64,000 nt of DNA, taken from assembly GCF_006345805.1 (NCBI RefSeq), contig NW_021834783.1:4484-68483 (forward strand), read 5' to 3'. The notes beneath the pieces were generated by a model, which did no database searches, had not been told where the DNA came from, and worked only from the letters and a program-made list of their open reading frames with translations. A program made the translations under genes and the position numbers. Positions 59,610-64,000 of this stretch are shown here, piece by piece (within the stretch, counting starts at the first letter, position 1; each line of letters opens with the position of its first letter). The DNA comes from Octopus sinensis (taxonomy: Eukaryota).

Positions 59610-60002
59610 GTACAATGTTCCCGTTTTAAACTGGTCTAGACTAAAAACCTTCCATCAAAATTTCCTGTTAATTTGTATTCGAGTCCCCTGATTAATAATG
59701 AGTTATTTTTTTTAACCCTTTAGCATTCAAACTAAAAATAATCACATTGAAATCTCAAACTTATGGGATAATGCAAGATTAATTCAAAGGAATGTGAATA
59801 AGTAAGCTTTAATTATGACAGTAATCTGAATAAGCACTAACGAGTTAAATTATTTTCAAATTTAATTGAAAAAAGAGGCAGAGTATTTTAACAGAAATAT
59901 ATAGACAAAAGGGTTAAACTTTGTTTTAATCCTAAAATTTCCTGCATGGCATGAATATGTGATATCTATATATGAAACAGACAGGTGGTTGTGTGTGTGC
60001 AT

Positions 60003-60381
60003 GGAGGCGCAATGGCCCAGTGGTTAGGTAAGCGGACTTGCGGTCATAGGATTGCAGTTTCGATTCCCAGACCGGGCGTTGTGAGTGTTTATTGAGCGAA
60101 AACAACTAAAAGATCCACGAGGCTCCGGCAGGGGATGGTGGTGATCCCTGCTGTACTCTTTCACCACAACTTTCTCTCACTCTTACTTCCTGTTTCTGTT
60201 GTACCTGTATTTCAAGGGGCCAGCCTTGTCACTCTCTGTGTCACGCTGAATATCCCCGAGAACTACGTTAAGGGTACACGTGTCTGTGGAGTGCTCAGCC
60301 ACTTACACGTTAATTTCACGAGCAGGCTGTTCCGTTGATTCGGATCAACCGGAACCCTCATCGTCGTAACCGACGGAGTGC
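60003..60381 (+). mobile_element. tRNA-headed SINE family 3, CpG-rich (young-looking) copy
   Basis: A box TGGCCCAGTGG (60013-60023), B box GTTTCGATTCC (60057-60067); body shared with about 9135-9610, 14985-15290 and 60790-61110. Confidence 0.75.
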
Positions 60382-62749
60382 TTCCATCCTTCCATGTGTG
60401 TGTGTGCACATGTGAAAGGATTTATCTGTGATGATGGAGTCTGGATCTTAAAATTGTCAATGCCACATGGAAGTTTTATACATCTGTAATTTGTATCCTG
60501 TAAAAAATTAAGTTTGAATCACAATTAAAATTTTACAGCTTTTTTCTTTTTTTCTTTTTTTGTACTTTTCTTTGTGTTACATGAAGAAAATTTTTTTCTT
60601 TTTTGCAGAGGAATATTTGTAAAACTTAGAACTGGCCAAGTGTCTTCTCTAGAATAAGACAAATATCCTTGTCCCTCTATCGTTCTCTGGCCTCGTAAAG
60701 GCGTGTGGCTCTTGAAAAGTGATACTAACCTAAGAGGGATGCTAAACACTAAACAGTGAGGTACCCAGCTTCAGATATTTACATTGTGTGAAGGTGCATG
60801 GCTTTGAGGTAAGGGGTACTTATCTCATGATCATAAGGTTGGGAGTTTGGTTTCCTCCGGTGCTTTGTGTCCCTGCACAAGACACATTATTTCGCATTGC
60901 TCCAGTTTGCTCAGCTGGCAACAAAAGAGGTGTGCCTATATTTCAAAGGGCCAGCCTTGTCACATTGTATGTCCCACCAAATCTCTGAGAATTACGTTTT
61001 AAGGGTATACATGTCTGTGGAGTGCTCAGCCACTTGTATGTGAATTTCATGAGCAGGCTGTTCCACTGATTGGATCAACTGGAACGCTCATCCTTATAAC
61101 CGATGGAGTGCCAGTTAGCCCCTTCTTGCCTTGCACACAGCCACTTCACCCTTGGGTTCCACTCCTTCTCTCACCTAAGAGGACTTTGTCTTCAAAGTTA
61201 CTTGGCAACCCCTGCTGGTACTAGACCCATGTGAAAAGCACCCAGTCCACATTCTGTAAAGTGGTTGGCATTGGGAAGGGCATCCAGCTGTAGAAACCTT
61301 GCCAAAACAAACAATTGGAGCCTGGTGCTGCCCTCTGGCTTGCCAGCTCCTGTCAAACCGTCCAACCCATGCCAGCATGGAAAATGGATGTTTGATGATG
61401 ATGATTGGCAAATAAAGTCCCCCCGCCAACCCAACGTCAATGCTCTAAAGTGGCCAGTCTCAGGCCTTCTTGACCATTACTCATCTGCTTGGAATTATGT
61501 CAGTGTTGTAAGGTTGATGTTTTTAGCAAAGCTGAAACAATTGTAGTCAGATTTTTTTCCAGTTACCAAAAAACAGGAAGAAAGAGAAAAATAAGGAAAG
61601 AAAAAACATATTTTATAAATGGTTCGTTTATTTCGAGTTTTAAATAGAATAATTTATTTTATATAAATGATTTCAGTATTTTTTTTTAAATAGATTGCGG
61701 AGTGTGGGTTGACAGTTTCATCTGTTGATGTACAAATATCCAAGACACTTGCTTCTTTTTCTTATTTTTTTTTCATTTTCTTTTGTTTTAGGGGAATGGA
61801 TTAAAAATCATAATTTATTGTTGAACGCTGACTATTCCTGTTTTACTCTTCACTATAAATATATAAGTTTATGTCAGCATTATTATACTGCATATTATAT
61901 TATAGCTAGCTATAAGCAGTAGAATTATCTGTTAAATAAAATAAAAAAGTCTAAGATAGGTTTCTGACCCAAAAGCATTTCACCTTTAAATAATAATAAT
62001 AAAAAATTAGGTGGATCCATTGTTGAAAGAATGATTAAAAATTGCACCGGTTTTTAATTGCTTTGAGCTATATTTTAATTAGCTGTAAACAGGGCTACTA
62101 TATTTCAGGTGTACCATTTTTAATTAGCTGTAATTAGAGCTAAAGTAGAGATAAAAACTAAGATAAATCTCTTGAAATAATGAATAAAAGAATGGATCTC
62201 AATGAAAAAAAAAAATTCATTCTTTAAATGTTTTGACATTTAAGCGACTCCGTATCCTTGGCTACCACAGTGAATAGCGACAAGGAGTCTGTCTTTTAGC
62301 TCTTCCATGGTGGGATAATCGGGCAGACGCATTAGATTGATACTGAAATATGAAAAAAAAGAAACATTTTCATACATAATTACATTTAATGATGCACTTA
62401 TTACAAGGGACTATTAAAACATGCCATGTCCACTATTTAAAAAACTGACCAGATCTAGCTTTTCATACCTACCCTTCAATGTCATTCTGAAAATAGTCCT
62501 ATTATTGAAATTTCAAAGCTACGAGATAAAGCATGATTAATTTAAAGCAATATGGATAAATAAGCCTTACATTTGATAGAGTAATCTGAATGCTGAAGTG
62601 TTTGTTTTTCTGGCAAACACACTTAGTTAAATCATCTGTAGAAATACGGTTTCAATAATGTATTATTATAAGCAAAGTTGGGCTGCGTTAAGCAAAACGT
62701 TAATTTTTAATCCATTGATCAAAAAGTTAACGTCGATAACTGTGAATCA

Positions 62750-62990
62750 GTTCTGTTGTGTCTGGGGAGTGTCATTTTCTTTTTGTGCCTTATAATTTAA
62801 CTCACACACTGGTAAAATTTCTTATTTTTATTTCCCTAAAATTTGTAAGTCAAGACTTTTGAAAAGGTTTCAAGACGCAACGAAAATTTTAGGAATATAA
62901 AAATAAGGAAAAAAAGTGGAAATTTTACCGGTGAGTGTGTTACATTATAAGGCACAAAAAGAAAATGACTCTCCCCAGACACAACAGACC
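62750..62990. mobile_element. MITE/foldback with approx. 95-bp imperfect arms
   Basis: CTGTTGTGTCTGGGGAGTGTCATTTTC... versus ...GAAAATGACTCTCCCCAGACACAACAG. Confidence 0.65.
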
Positions 62991-63109
62991 AACTCATATA
63001 AAGAATCTTGCAAACGAAATGTGAATCAGTTAATGGAAGTTATTGATAAACCATTAACGTTAATTTTTATTATAGAAAAAAAAACAAAATATCTGGCAGT
63101 GTCGCCTAT

Positions 63110-63287
63110 AGCCTAGTGAGAACTGTACAAGCCATGTACAGGGATGCTGTAAGGCGAGAGTTGGCAACGAGTATGGTGAAGAATTCTGGGTAGGGGCCCA
63201 CCAGGGTTCAGTCCTCAGCCCCCTCCTATTTATCATAGTCCTCCAGGATTTCAAGATAGGATGCCCCTGGGAGCTTCTCTATGCTCT
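63110..63287 (+). mobile_element. RTE RT fragment
   Basis: LVRTVQAMY...HQGSVLSPLLFIIVL...GCPWELLYA. Confidence 0.75.
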
Positions 63288-63419
63288 TATACCATGATTC
63301 CCAATGTGGGGCATGGTAATATTTTGGTGAGACATGCATAGGGTTATGTTAAATTTATTGTTTTAGTATACCAATAACAGAATGAGTTATTAAAAGAAAA
63401 TTCTTTACATTCCTTTCTG

Positions 63420-63522
63420 TGGACAATTTTATCAATTTTTGACACTTTAGAGACATCAGATAGTTTTCATCATATTCAAGATCTGATGTCTCTAAAGTGT
63501 CAAAAATTGATAAAATTGTCCA
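63420..63522. repeat. Perfect 42-bp inverted repeat with a 19-nt spacer
   Basis: TGGACAATTTTATCAATTTTTGACACTTTAGAGACATCAGAT (63420-63461) and its reverse complement (63481-63522). Confidence 0.9.
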
Positions 63523-64000
63523 TAGAAGGGGTATGTGAAAATATGTAGGTAATTTGCAAAATATGTGTACATGCGTATATGGATGTTTTTAATGAAATTG
63601 TCTACAAATATGTGTTTTATATCATGTAGATTGCTAATATACAAAATTTGGGGGGGGGGAGTGTTTTAGGAGGGGTTGGGGTGGGGAATTTCACTGTAGT
63701 CCACTTCAAATCATAACTTTCAAGAAAATGGATATTTTTTTAATGAAATTCTCTACAAATTATACCTTGAACTCTGTAGATTCCGAGGACATGGGAATTT
63801 TGGGGGCTACTTTTGAGAACCGTTCCCCACTCGCAGGTGTTTCTGAACAGGTTTCATTTTCTCCGTTTTGTGCGTTTGTGCATCCGTAGATTTCTGCTGA
63901 AGCAGGGAAAGCAAATGAAGCCCTCACCAGAAAACTCGTTATGCTAAAAACAGCAGCTAAAGGTCTGGTACACAGAAATATGGTAGAACTACGGATGCAC

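Noticed and set aside
60003-60075. tRNA gene-like sequence with A and B boxes
   Set aside because: No complete cloverleaf, and it continues into a dispersed SINE body; treated as a SINE head, like the other SINE copies

Overview
AT-rich, repeat-dense eukaryotic DNA. The repeat families look like those of octopus (coleoid cephalopod); this is my recognition, not a database result. Two intact multi-exon genes on the + strand were reconstructed by hand with GT-AG junctions in consistent phase: a GMEB-like SAND-domain transcription factor (6 coding exons, 7258-21626, 414 aa) and nucleoporin NUP35/Nup53 (10 coding exons, 39805-57698, 352 aa). Introns and intergenic DNA hold an RTE-clade LINE family (RT fragments plus about 25-30 truncated 3'UTR copies), CR1 and other LINE fragments, three tRNA-headed SINE families, Tc1/mariner, Merlin, hAT, piggyBac-like and Helentron-like elements, Penelope-like remnants and microsatellites. 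The most interesting unexplained signals are: several hammerhead-ribozyme motifs linked to Penelope-like remnants (one with a fully canonical core at 25176-25243), a strand-asymmetric hairpin region just downstream of the NUP35 poly(A) signal, a PHD finger inserted inside the RTE reverse transcriptase, concatemeric SINEs inserted as single events, and NUP35 exons bracketed by inverted repeat copies. All coordinates and base pairings were read by eye; nothing was computed or searched.
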